DNA of 54,346 nt from a virus. Taxonomy: Duplodnaviria > Caudoviricetes. The stretch lies in the IMG/VR virus record IMGVR_UViG_3300032250_000088, positions 1 to 54,346 of that record. One strand, given 5' to 3'. Every line of letters starts with the position of its first letter. Within the stretch, counting starts at the first letter, position 1. The notes under the pieces are model-generated. The model saw only the letters and a program-made list of their open reading frames with translations. It was not told the origin of the DNA and did no database searches. This document shows positions 1 to 9,194 of the stretch, in pieces. Made by a program: the position numbers and the translations under genes.

Positions 1-1019
1 AAATCTTGCTTGGTGTGAATACTGATACTGTCTTCTGCAAATATATCTATTTTTCCGTCGCTGGTCAATTCTATCCAAGTTGTGCCTCTAGCATTTCCAA
101 TGTAGATCAAGTCTTCACTGTTATGCATTAATATCTGATGGCCGGTTCTGGTTCTAAATCTCAACAGCTCGTCTTTAGGAATTCTAGGTTCTCCTTCGGG
201 AGCTTCAAGATATTCTGGGCCGCCCTCGGATGCATTAGTGGCACGATTATATCTTTGATCGCCATCATCCATAACAAACTGGGTGCCGCCTAATCGGCTT
301 ACAGGAACTGGAGATTCTGTTGGGCTATCCGATGCTCCTATGTAGTTTCTCTTGCCTGCATAATCAAGTGGACCGGGAGTGCTGATGCCGAATACTTGAC
401 TAGGTACATTCCTTCTTGATGAAGCAGTTGTTGTTCCTCGTACATCGTCTGCTAATAGACCTTGTTCTAGAAATCTATCAGCTATAGGATGCATTGCTCT
501 TGGAATTTTTTCAATGGCCAGACTTTCTCCAAGGTCGTTTGATCTACGATTAATTTCAGCAGATGGCAGCGATCCAACATCATAAGTTTCTTCTTGGCCT
601 ACTGGAGGTATTGTTACTTCAGAAGTAGCAATTCCAGGAACCATGTGATTAATAAAACGTCCGGGAACGCAACCGAACCAATAGCCTTGATCAGTTCTGC
701 CATCAATAAAAACTACTAATACTGTTACACCCACATCGGGCGGAACAAACCACATACCGTATGATTTTTGTGTATCGTCAAAATCTGCGGTATTATATCC
801 CATAAATTCAAATGCAGTATTTCCAAAGAAAGGACTGGCAAATTTTACAGGGTAAGTTTGAGATGACTCTCCGATAACGTTGCCGTCATCTTTCAATAGG
901 GTAACTTCGAGGCCTCCCATGAAGCTGGCATCTAGGTGGCTGATAACTTTGGCAAGATATATGCCGGTGCCTATTCCACCTGATGTTGCTGATTCTGATT
1001 GTCTAGTTTCTACTGGCAT
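1..1019 (-). CDS. gp5: Baseplate hub/spike protein, gp5/VgrG-like N-terminal OB-fold (partial, runs off window start; absent from ORF track)
   Basis: Manual translation from ATG at 1019: MPVETRQSESATSGGIGTGIYLAKVISHLDASFMGGLEVTLL...SYGMWFVPPDVGVTVLVVFIDGRTDQGYWFGCVP, later RTRTGHQILMHNSEDLIYIGNARGTTWIELTSDGKIDI; P-x-VG-x-V-x-V-x-F-x-DG pattern typical of gp5 OB-fold; GAGAG upstream. Confidence 0.8.
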   Translation of the reverse strand, partial: MPVETRQSESATSGGIGTGIYLAKVISHLDASFMGGLEVTLLKDDGNVIGESSQTYPVKFASPFFGNTAFEFMGYNTADFDDTQKSYGMWFVPPDVGVTVLVVFIDGRTDQGYWFGCVPGRFINHMVPGIATSEVTIPPVGQEETYDVGSLPSAEINRRSNDLGESLAIEKIPRAMHPIADRFLEQGLLADDVRGTTTASSRRNVPSQVFGISTPGPLDYAGKRNYIGASDSPTESPVPVSRLGGTQFVMDDGDQRYNRATNASEGGPEYLEAPEGEPRIPKDELLRFRTRTGHQILMHNSEDLIYIGNARGTTWIELTSDGKIDIFAEDSISIHTKQD

Positions 1020-1033
1020 TAATTACTCTCTTT

Positions 1034-3397
1034 TTATCCATAGAAGTCGTCAAGACCATTGCTATAATCTATTTCTTCTTGTGTTCTTAATTCTATTCCT
1101 GTATTTGATGCAGACTCAGAAACGCTATCTTTAACCGGAGCTTCTTTAGGCTGTGAGAATATAAACGGATTTCTACTCGGAGTATATCCGTCCGGAAAAT
1201 CATTTGGCTGCAATGGCATTCTGTTTGCTTCTATAGTTTGTCTGAATACACCGTCACTGAATTTATTTGTTACTTTTACAACTTTGTAAATTCCACTAAA
1301 TGGGCTTTCTCTACCACCATCTGGAAAATTATAAAGACTACCGTCAGGACCGGTAATACCTAGATTAGGTTCAACCGGTGTGCGGAATACAATGTTAAAA
1401 AACGAATCAGTTCCTTGATAATTCATTGTTTGATCAGAAGTTATTTGCGACCGTGGATCATATGAACTTGCTTGACCTAGATAATTTGCCATTCCTTGAT
1501 CCACCATATAATAAGGATCGCCTAATATTTCAAGATTTATTTTCATTAGGTCGCCAGCTGTGCTACCTTTATCCTTGATAGCATTGTACATGTTTGTGGC
1601 AACAATTTGTGCAACATCTTTTGCACCATAGCCACCCTTAACAGCATCTTTACTTGCTGCTGGATTAGCCTTAACAGGTCTTGCGCCATTGGCGGCAAGT
1701 GCATTAGCATTACCTGAACTTTCTGCATCTACATCTTCTGGGTTTTCTTCCGCCGGAGTATTTGTGTCTTGATTGACCACATTATCGTTTTGACTCGGAG
1801 GAGTAATTGTTTTCATATTGTGAAATAACGAATTGATGTTTATGTCAAATTTAATAATATCATTGTTTTGGCCGGTGAATATATAATTGTATTCTTTGGC
1901 CAATACTTTTTTAAGTTCAGCATATCCTGGAGGAGCAGCGGTAGCATTAGAAAATACACTGTTATGAACTAGATAAGGCATGACTCTGTAAATGTAAGTT
2001 CTTTGGCGTTGTCCTCGCCTAGCATCAAACTCTCCTATTTGAATTTGAACATCAATTCTAAACCAATTGATCATCCCGGCGGCATCTAAATTCTCAGGAT
2101 CAATTGCACGTTTAGCATATTCTGAACTCAATACCATTTGTGCAATAATCTGTGTTATCGGAGTTTGTGCTTCAAACGAAAATGTACGTTGTTTAGGATC
2201 TATAGTGAGAGCGTCTCGTTTAATAGTGCCGGTGGCAGAATCAACAACATCGGCTGCTAGGCCAAAATTATAATTGCCGCCCGATGTAGATTCAAAACCC
2301 AATGATGCTTGACCGATGGCTCCGTCCCCTGTCTCTGTAGAACTAGTAGCAGGAGCCAGGTTAAGAGCGCTGACTGCGGCGCTTATAAAGGTCAATGCGC
2401 CTCCATCATCAGATGCTTCAGTAATTGCCAATCCAACAGTGTCTGTCCAGTCTATTGGGAATACAATATTATAGACATCGGCTAGATCCTGTTGGTTGGT
2501 ATCTACTAGATTTTTTTGTATCTTGTTAAGAGCTGCACACAGACTGTTTGTACCCTTACTTAACAAATAGGCAAGCGTGTCGGATCCTTCTCCGGGATTG
2601 CCGTCAATTTTCATTGCTACTTCGTTAGGAAGAATATTTATTACGTTGCTATATCCTGCATGATTATACGGGTGACATTTTATTTTATATGCGCTGCCTG
2701 ATTCAGTCACATTAAACTCTACTGTGTTTAACTGAACAACAAAATATTTTGTTAATAATTCATTTGAACTTAGGATAGCACCATCCTGAGTATAGCCTTT
2801 AAATTCTAATTTTAAAACAAACGGACAATCGTTATATGTGGGATACCCTGCATTAATAGCTGCAATTTGTGCGCTCTGTAAAAACAATCCCATGCTGTAA
2901 GGTTCAAACAGATCAAAACTAATTGTTTGAACGTTTGAATTTCCAACTGCCGGGCTTGCACCGGCTGTTGTTAAAAACTCAAAGTTGTTTATATAATATT
3001 CAGGGGCGCCGTATTTTGTTTGTACTCTCTGACCGTCAAATCTTCCTGCTGAAGAAAATACAACATTTGTTAATGCTGCTGGCCTACCTCTATACAAGCC
3101 TGGATTGTTAAATTGATTAGGACTCAGTGCTGCCATTGTCCACAAAGGAGCATAGGATGCAAATTGCTCTAGTAGATTAACATATGGAGGGCCGCCAACT
3201 GGTTTTTCTAGACTGAATGTTTTTACAAGATTAGAAAAATCTCCTAGAGCATCTCCTAGATTGCCTGCTGACAGATTAGTTATTGCCTGTGCCGATGTAG
3301 TAAGGTTGGTAATCTGTCTAGCAACGCCTTGCGCAATATTAGTTGCCCCGGGTAGTTGACTTAAAAAACTGCCATCGGGTTTAAATCCAAATGCCAT
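1034..3397 (-). CDS. Putative baseplate hub protein (gp27/late-control-D-like), 787 aa
   Basis: Sits between gp53-like and gp5-like genes; C-terminal LEILGDP...FSGIYKVVKVTNKFSDGVFRQTIEANR resembles hub-protein C-termini. Confidence 0.55.
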   Translation of the reverse strand: MAFGFKPDGSFLSQLPGATNIAQGVARQITNLTTSAQAITNLSAGNLGDALGDFSNLVKTFSLEKPVGGPPYVNLLEQFASYAPLWTMAALSPNQFNNPGLYRGRPAALTNVVFSSAGRFDGQRVQTKYGAPEYYINNFEFLTTAGASPAVGNSNVQTISFDLFEPYSMGLFLQSAQIAAINAGYPTYNDCPFVLKLEFKGYTQDGAILSSNELLTKYFVVQLNTVEFNVTESGSAYKIKCHPYNHAGYSNVINILPNEVAMKIDGNPGEGSDTLAYLLSKGTNSLCAALNKIQKNLVDTNQQDLADVYNIVFPIDWTDTVGLAITEASDDGGALTFISAAVSALNLAPATSSTETGDGAIGQASLGFESTSGGNYNFGLAADVVDSATGTIKRDALTIDPKQRTFSFEAQTPITQIIAQMVLSSEYAKRAIDPENLDAAGMINWFRIDVQIQIGEFDARRGQRQRTYIYRVMPYLVHNSVFSNATAAPPGYAELKKVLAKEYNYIFTGQNNDIIKFDININSLFHNMKTITPPSQNDNVVNQDTNTPAEENPEDVDAESSGNANALAANGARPVKANPAASKDAVKGGYGAKDVAQIVATNMYNAIKDKGSTAGDLMKINLEILGDPYYMVDQGMANYLGQASSYDPRSQITSDQTMNYQGTDSFFNIVFRTPVEPNLGITGPDGSLYNFPDGGRESPFSGIYKVVKVTNKFSDGVFRQTIEANRMPLQPNDFPDGYTPSRNPFIFSQPKEAPVKDSVSESASNTGIELRTQEEIDYSNGLDDFYG

Positions 3398-3398
3398 A

Positions 3399-3716
3399 TT
3401 ATACTCCTAGGTACTGTTGAAGATTACTTTTCTTCGGCAAGTAGATTGTTGTTCCTGGTTCAAAATCATAGATAGGATCTTTTAGAGTATCCATATTTCT
3501 TTGAGTAAACACCCACCATAACTTTGGGGTTCCATATAAATCATAAGATAAGAGATCAGGGCGATGTCTATATTGATTTTCGATGGTATATTTAAAATCA
3601 TCATTTTCTGCAGGAATCGGTCTAATAGACATTAACTCCAAATAGAGATTATTCTGTTTGGTGTTTGCCCATGGACTCGAATTCTTGTAAGTGACTGATT
3701 TTTTAAAAGTTGTCAT
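3399..3716 (-). CDS. gp53: Baseplate wedge protein gp53-like (LysM-like)
   Basis: RPDLLSYDLYGTPKLWWVF...N...DPIYDFEPGTTIYLP motif. Confidence 0.75.
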   Translation of the reverse strand: MTTFKKSVTYKNSSPWANTKQNNLYLELMSIRPIPAENDDFKYTIENQYRHRPDLLSYDLYGTPKLWWVFTQRNMDTLKDPIYDFEPGTTIYLPKKSNLQQYLGV

Positions 3717-3717
3717 A

Positions 3718-4764
3718 TTAGATGTATCCTACAGCATTACCGCTTGCATAATCTTGTAAACTAAATTTACGCAATAGCTGTCTGTTATAAATTGGTGTAA
3801 CTGTTACAGAAATTGTACTGAGGACCGGAACCCATGTGTCACTAGGAAACTGACTGCTACATTTAATGTAGTTTACATCATCCGGTAGGTCAATGGTAAA
3901 ACTTTTTATTATAACTGGAACACTGTTAAACACACCAGGACCGTAGCCACTAAGTTGACAAACTACTGGAGGGTTGCCTGCATAAGTGCTTCCACCAAAA
4001 AACATTTTAGTTGCAGTTTTAAAGAAGTGAGTGGCCTGTATCCAATAGTTACCATCCTGCTCTGTTTCGCAACTGAACTCACCAGATATAGTAATGTCTT
4101 CTATCTGACTGTTCTTGTATCCGTTAAAAGGATAGTTGTTATGCACAGGATCAACTACAGTGTAGTTTGCTTTGCTGGTAACACTAACTTTAGGAGTATA
4201 AGGCCATACTACGCCGTTGGTAGATTCTAGGCGACTGAATGCGTTTCCAAACAGGCCAAAATTACAATTGATTCTAACTCGCCAATCACTAGCAGGAGAG
4301 CTTGTTAATTTCACTGCCGCACTATCTGATTTAAATAACTCTCCTGCTGCTGGAATATTTTTTCCTCTAAAAATGCTGAGTACATTATTAAGTTGCCCGG
4401 CTGCAGAGCTCACTGCTCCTGCAATACTTCCAAGACTCCCTAGTGCGCCACCTAGCCCTAATCCATTAATACTTCGGCCAATGTCAGATGCTGTATTTGA
4501 TAATCCGCTTAATGATCCAAGTGCTGTTTGAATAGGATTCCCTATACCGTTAAATGCTGTTCCTAAGTTTGGCAATCCAGCAGTTGCTCCGTTTAGAGCA
4601 CTACCAATGCCGCCACCTAGATCATTGACTAGGCCATCTAGCTTGGCTTTTTCTTCTCCAAAGCTGATACCAGACAAACTGCCGCCCGTTGAGTTTGAAG
4701 CAGAGCTGAATAAGCTGCTGGCATTTCCTAACACTTTGGTGAAAGGATTTATATTTAGACCCAT
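3718..4764 (-). CDS. Putative tail-tube-fold baseplate protein (gp48/gp54-like) with Gly/Ser-rich N-terminus
   Basis: WPYTPKVSV...ANY...ITISGEF...PPVVCQLSGYG...VPVIIKSFTIDLP pattern; first gene of baseplate operon. Confidence 0.5.
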   Translation of the reverse strand: MGLNINPFTKVLGNASSLFSSASNSTGGSLSGISFGEEKAKLDGLVNDLGGGIGSALNGATAGLPNLGTAFNGIGNPIQTALGSLSGLSNTASDIGRSINGLGLGGALGSLGSIAGAVSSAAGQLNNVLSIFRGKNIPAAGELFKSDSAAVKLTSSPASDWRVRINCNFGLFGNAFSRLESTNGVVWPYTPKVSVTSKANYTVVDPVHNNYPFNGYKNSQIEDITISGEFSCETEQDGNYWIQATHFFKTATKMFFGGSTYAGNPPVVCQLSGYGPGVFNSVPVIIKSFTIDLPDDVNYIKCSSQFPSDTWVPVLSTISVTVTPIYNRQLLRKFSLQDYASGNAVGYI

Positions 4765-4782
4765 AAATATCTCCGTTTAGTC

Positions 4783-4790
4783 TATTTATT
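4783..4790 (-). promoter_or_regulatory. T4-type late promoter (AATAAATA) for baseplate operon
   Basis: One mismatch to T4 late consensus TATAAATA, 19 nt upstream of ATG 4764, GGAG SD in between. Confidence 0.65.
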
Positions 4791-4818
4791 CTTGACAAAG
4801 TGTGCTATTATATAAGTA

Positions 4819-5700
4819 ATGGAGAACCCTATAACTATGACAATCAGTTCGCAACCACCTAAAATCAAGTACTTAACCAACAAAGATCTGCTACGAGAAA
4901 TTCATTTAAGCAAGAATACCTACTGTAGTTTTACAAGTCCCGACTACAGCGAGTACGATTTAATTTTGCCAAATATCAGTAAAATAAATGTTAGAACAAT
5001 TGCCGAAGCCAAGCGAAATCAAGCAGCTAGATTAAGCAAACGAGCACACGAACTAGCAGTTATAACAGGCGGAAAAAAATTACCTGCTAAAGATTTTGAA
5101 GTAGATTATAAAACTATCAAGAAAGTAGATGTGGTATTTCGCATCATGACCTTCGAGCATATTCCACTTGCTCCTGGTCGTAAAAAGACTTTAAAGAATA
5201 CCGCTGACAGTCACGACAAAGTAAACTTTCCTCCCTTCCAGCATTGGAAGTTTGATGATAACGACAATCTAATACTGGTTGGCAAAAGTCATTGGAAGGG
5301 CGATTTAATTACTGGCGAGTTTAATAAAGAACACGGCAAAATGACTAACAATCTAGCTCGTATGTTTTTAAAGCTCTGTGAAAGATATGCAACAAGAGGT
5401 AACGTTCGTGGATATACTTACAACGATGAAATGCGCGGCCAGGCTATACTTCAGCTTACTCAGATCGGTCTTCAGTTTGATGAGAGCAAGTCGGATAATC
5501 CTTTTGCTTATTATACTGCCGCCGTTACTAACAGTTTTGTCCGAATCATCAACATCGAAAAACGAAACCAAAACATCCGAGATGATATTCTTGAAATGAA
5601 TGGTATGAATCCAAGTTGGACTAGACAGAACAGCGGAGGCAGCAACTTTGGTGCCGGAACAGGTGCCAGTTCTGGCGAAGGCGGTGGTGATTGGGATTGA
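4819..5700 (+). CDS. gp55: Late-transcription sigma factor (true start possibly 4837)
   Basis: YLTNKDLLREI and RGYTYNDEMRGQAILQL...FDESKSDNPFAYYT...NSFVRIINIEKRNQNIRD match gp55; adjacent to gp47/gp46 as in T4-like phages. Confidence 0.9.
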   Translation: MENPITMTISSQPPKIKYLTNKDLLREIHLSKNTYCSFTSPDYSEYDLILPNISKINVRTIAEAKRNQAARLSKRAHELAVITGGKKLPAKDFEVDYKTIKKVDVVFRIMTFEHIPLAPGRKKTLKNTADSHDKVNFPPFQHWKFDDNDNLILVGKSHWKGDLITGEFNKEHGKMTNNLARMFLKLCERYATRGNVRGYTYNDEMRGQAILQLTQIGLQFDESKSDNPFAYYTAAVTNSFVRIINIEKRNQNIRDDILEMNGMNPSWTRQNSGGSNFGAGTGASSGEGGGDWD

Positions 5701-5725
5701 CCTTAGTGTTAAATGTTGTTAAACT
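5697..5725 (+). promoter_or_regulatory. Sigma70-type promoter upstream of gp47
   Basis: TTGACC (5697-5702), 17-nt spacer, TG at 5717-5718, TAAACT (5720-5725), then AAGGAG SD. Confidence 0.65.
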
Positions 5726-5740
5726 AACTAAGGAGATTCT

Positions 5741-6751
5741 ATGTCATTATTCAAAAAAGTAGCTTGTTTCACCGATATACATTTCGGTTTAAAATCTGGA
5801 AGTCGTACACATAATCAAGATTGCGAAGATTTCGTAAATTGGTTTTGTGATACTGCTAAAGCCGAGGGTGCAGAAACCTGCATCTTCCTAGGCGACTGGC
5901 ATCATAATCGTAATACTACCGATGTTAGTACTATGAATTATACTGTCAGTAACCTAGAACGGCTGAGTAAAACCTTTGAGAAAGTCTATGTTATTCTAGG
6001 CAATCACGACGAGTTCTATAAAGACAAGCGTGAAATTCACAGTCTTGAATTTGCTAGACTGTTTCCTAACATTGAACTAGTAAATGAAACACTAACTGAA
6101 GGTGATGTAACTATCATGCCTTGGTTAGTAGGAGACGAATGGCGTTCTGTATCTAAAATAAAGAGTCGTTATATCTTTGGACACTTAGAGTTGCCGTTGT
6201 TTATGATGAATGCTATGGTGCAGATGCCTGATCATGGTCAGTTGCAAGCTGATCACTTTGTCAATCAAGAGTATGTATTCAGCGGACACTTTCATAAGCG
6301 TCAAAGCAAAGGCAGTATTACCTATATTGGTAATTGTTTCCCGCACAACTATGCAGATGCAGGAGACGACGATCGTGGTATGATGATGTTAGAATGGGGT
6401 GGCAAGCCCGAATATCGTACTTGGCCCGGACAACCTACATTTAGAACTTATAAACTAAGTCAAATCATTGATCGGCCAGATGAATTGTTGCGTGAGCGTA
6501 TGCATTGCCGCGTAACTATTGACTTGCCTATCAGCTTCGAAGAAGCCAACTTCATTAAAGAAACATTCATGCCACAGTATAAGTTGCGTGAATTAATGCT
6601 TATTCCAGAAAAAGTAGAAATTGAATCCGGAAATGCTCCTATTGATATCAACTTTGAAAGTGTTGATACAATCGTTATGAATCAAATCAACGCCATCGAC
6701 AGCGACACTTTTGACAAAGGCCTGTTATTGGAAATTTATAGAGAACTATGA
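5741..6751 (+). CDS. gp47: Recombination endonuclease subunit (Mre11/SbcD-like)
   Basis: Metallophosphoesterase motifs DIHFG, GDWHH, GNHD, GHFH. Confidence 0.95.
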   Translation: MSLFKKVACFTDIHFGLKSGSRTHNQDCEDFVNWFCDTAKAEGAETCIFLGDWHHNRNTTDVSTMNYTVSNLERLSKTFEKVYVILGNHDEFYKDKREIHSLEFARLFPNIELVNETLTEGDVTIMPWLVGDEWRSVSKIKSRYIFGHLELPLFMMNAMVQMPDHGQLQADHFVNQEYVFSGHFHKRQSKGSITYIGNCFPHNYADAGDDDRGMMMLEWGGKPEYRTWPGQPTFRTYKLSQIIDRPDELLRERMHCRVTIDLPISFEEANFIKETFMPQYKLRELMLIPEKVEIESGNAPIDINFESVDTIVMNQINAIDSDTFDKGLLLEIYREL

Positions 6752-8526
6752 TTAAAATTAAAAATCTAACTGTACGCAATTTCATGAGTGTGGGCGCACA
6801 GACACAAGCTATTGATTTCGACAAAGGACAGTTAACTCTAGTATTAGGTGAAAATCTAGATCTAGGAGGTGACGACAGCGGAGCTCGTAACGGTACAGGT
6901 AAAACTACAATCATTAACGGACTCAGCTATGCTATCTACGGCAATGCTCTCACAAACATCAAGAAAGACAACCTTGTTAATAAAATTAACAGCAAGGGCA
7001 TGTTGGTTACTGTGAGTTTTGAAAAAGACGGTATTGAATATCATATCGAGCGTGGCCGTAAGCCTAATGTATTGAAGTTTACTGTTAACGGTCACGCACA
7101 CGAAGACAAGAATCAAGACGAAAGTCAAGGCGATAGTAGAGAAACACAAAAAGAAATTGAAGATGTGTTCGGGATGACGCACGACATGTTCAAGCATCTT
7201 GTTGCGCTGAATACCTACACCGAGCCTTTCCTTAGCATGAAGGCAGGTGATCAACGAGCAATTATTGAACAGTTGTTGGGTATTACTCAACTAAGTGAAA
7301 AAGCTGAAGCATTAAAAGAACAAATTAAAAATAGCAAGGATGCTATTGCTACTGAAAACACAAAGATTGAAACTATTCGAGCAAGTAATGATAGAATCCA
7401 ACAAAGCATTGATGCGCTTGAACGAAAAGCCAAAATGTGGACCGAGCAAAACGAAGTAAGCGTTACTAATCTTGCTAAAGCCATCGAGCAGTTGCTAGAT
7501 ATTGATATTGATCAAGAAATTCTAGCACATAGGGCATTAGATGCGTATAATGCCAAACGTAAAAGTATTAATGAAATTACCAGCTGGATTAAACGATGCG
7601 AACTAGACGAAGTCAGAGAACAAAAAGAAATAGACAGGCTGAAAGCAGACATTGCCAGTTTAGAAAATCACACTTGCCATAGTTGTGGTCAAGGATTTCA
7701 CGACGACAAACAAGTAGCATTACTAGAGAAGAAGCGCAAAGAATTACAGGAAACCGCATTGCAGGCATTAGCCACAAACACACAGTGGACTGAACATACT
7801 GATGCGCTTAAAGAATTAGGTGAATTAGGTGAGATGCCTACAGTAACCTACGACAATCTAGAACAGGCACTTAATCACAAGAATACACTCGGCAGTTTAG
7901 AGCGTGATTTAGAGCTAAAGGCTGCTGAAACTAATCCTTACATTGAACAAATCGAAGAACTGCGTCATACTGCCGTACAGATAATTGATTATAACGTTCT
8001 TAATGAAATGGTTCGTGTTAAAGATCATCAAGAGTTCTTACATAAGCTGTTGACAAACAAAGACAGCTTTATCCGCAAGAGGATTATTGATCAGAACTTG
8101 GCCTATTTGAATCAACGATTGACTTATTATCTAGATCGTATCGGATTGCCGCATACAGTTGAGTTTCAGAACGACCTAAGTGTTATTATTACACAACTAG
8201 GACAAGACTTAGACTTTGATAATCTAAGTCGTGGAGAACGCAATCGCTTGATCTTGTCATTAAGTTGGGCATTCCGCGATGTGTGGGAAAACTTATATCA
8301 GGCAATCAACCTATTGTTTATTGACGAACTTGTAGATTCAGGTATGGATGCTAGTGGTGTCGAATCAAGTATTGCAGTCTTAAAGAAGATGACTCGTGAA
8401 AGAAACAAGAATGTATTCTTGATCAGTCATAGAGATGACTTAACCAGCAGGGTGAATCATGTATTGAGAGTTGTAAAAGAAAACGGATTCACTAGCTACA
8501 GCAATGATGTGGAGATTGTTGCTTGA
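6748..8526 (+). CDS. gp46: Recombination endonuclease ATPase subunit (Rad50/SbcC-like)
   Basis: Walker A NGTGKTT, coiled coil with CHSC zinc hook, signature LSRGE, Walker B LLFIDE, ISH. Confidence 0.95.
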   Translation: MIKIKNLTVRNFMSVGAQTQAIDFDKGQLTLVLGENLDLGGDDSGARNGTGKTTIINGLSYAIYGNALTNIKKDNLVNKINSKGMLVTVSFEKDGIEYHIERGRKPNVLKFTVNGHAHEDKNQDESQGDSRETQKEIEDVFGMTHDMFKHLVALNTYTEPFLSMKAGDQRAIIEQLLGITQLSEKAEALKEQIKNSKDAIATENTKIETIRASNDRIQQSIDALERKAKMWTEQNEVSVTNLAKAIEQLLDIDIDQEILAHRALDAYNAKRKSINEITSWIKRCELDEVREQKEIDRLKADIASLENHTCHSCGQGFHDDKQVALLEKKRKELQETALQALATNTQWTEHTDALKELGELGEMPTVTYDNLEQALNHKNTLGSLERDLELKAAETNPYIEQIEELRHTAVQIIDYNVLNEMVRVKDHQEFLHKLLTNKDSFIRKRIIDQNLAYLNQRLTYYLDRIGLPHTVEFQNDLSVIITQLGQDLDFDNLSRGERNRLILSLSWAFRDVWENLYQAINLLFIDELVDSGMDASGVESSIAVLKKMTRERNKNVFLISHRDDLTSRVNHVLRVVKENGFTSYSNDVEIVA

Positions 8527-8756
8527 CGACAGAAGCTCACGATAAAATGATCCGTGCCTTTCAGGAATATTTCAAATGGCAGGATCGTTTTGAGTACAGA
8601 GGCAGCGATGAGGCAGGAGTAAAGGCACGGTATTGGCTAAGCGAAATACGCAACGAAGCATCGATTAGGCGAGTAGAAATACAAACAAAACGAGACGAAC
8701 GCAAACAAGCCAGAAAAGGCATGGTAGGAAGGCCCCCCAAGATACATAAGGGATGA
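8523..8756 (+). CDS. Small basic helical protein, possibly Hc1 histone-like DNA-binding protein
   Basis: TTG start overlapping gp46 stop with GGAG SD; GSDEAGVKARYWLSEIR resembles Hc1 GNKAAAQRVR pattern; C-terminal GRPPK. Confidence 0.45.
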   Translation: MTTEAHDKMIRAFQEYFKWQDRFEYRGSDEAGVKARYWLSEIRNEASIRRVEIQTKRDERKQARKGMVGRPPKIHKG

Positions 8757-9187
8757 CATGGTTGTATAAGAAAAAAATCGTTGAAGAAATCTCAGAAGAG
8801 TATATCGGATTCGTGTATCTTATTACAAATGTTATCTCTGGACGCAAGTACATAGGCAAAAAACTAGCAAAATTCGCTAAAACAACATACAAAACTGTCA
8901 CACTCAAAAACGGCAAGAAGAAGAAAAAGAAGATTAGAGGCAAGATCGAAAGCGACTGGAAGGACTATTATGGTTCTAGCGATGCGCTAACAGCAGATGT
9001 ACAGGCACTAGGCAAAGAAAACTTCACCAGAGAAATTCTATTTTACTGCACAACTAAATCAGAATGCAGCTACATCGAGGCAAGAGAACAATTCAAACAC
9101 AAAGTTCTAGAATCTACTGACTGGTATAACGGTCACATACAGGTTCGAGTTCACGGCTCACATATCCTCAAAAAACCCAAAAAGTAA
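8753..9187 (+). CDS. Stand-alone GIY-YIG (Seg-like) nuclease domain protein, 144 aa
   Basis: GFVYLIT...KYIGKK, YYGSS, FTREIL, E in YIEAREQ, WYN; no C-terminal DNA-binding modules. Confidence 0.85.
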   Translation: MTWLYKKKIVEEISEEYIGFVYLITNVISGRKYIGKKLAKFAKTTYKTVTLKNGKKKKKKIRGKIESDWKDYYGSSDALTADVQALGKENFTREILFYCTTKSECSYIEAREQFKHKVLESTDWYNGHIQVRVHGSHILKKPKK

Positions 9188-9194
9188 TAGACAG

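Noticed and set aside
880-1134. 84-aa + strand ORF and the other short antisense or nested ORFs in the track
   Set aside because: Lie opposite or within well-supported genes and show no recognisable motifs
4792-4816. TTGACA-based sigma70 promoter for gp55
   Set aside because: TTGACA is only 8 nt from TATTAT and 13 nt from TATAAG; an extended -10 alone is possible but not well supported
8753-9187. Recently inserted mobile homing endonuclease
   Set aside because: No DNA-binding modules, no interrupted host gene and tight translational coupling suggest a resident gene; not called as a mobile element
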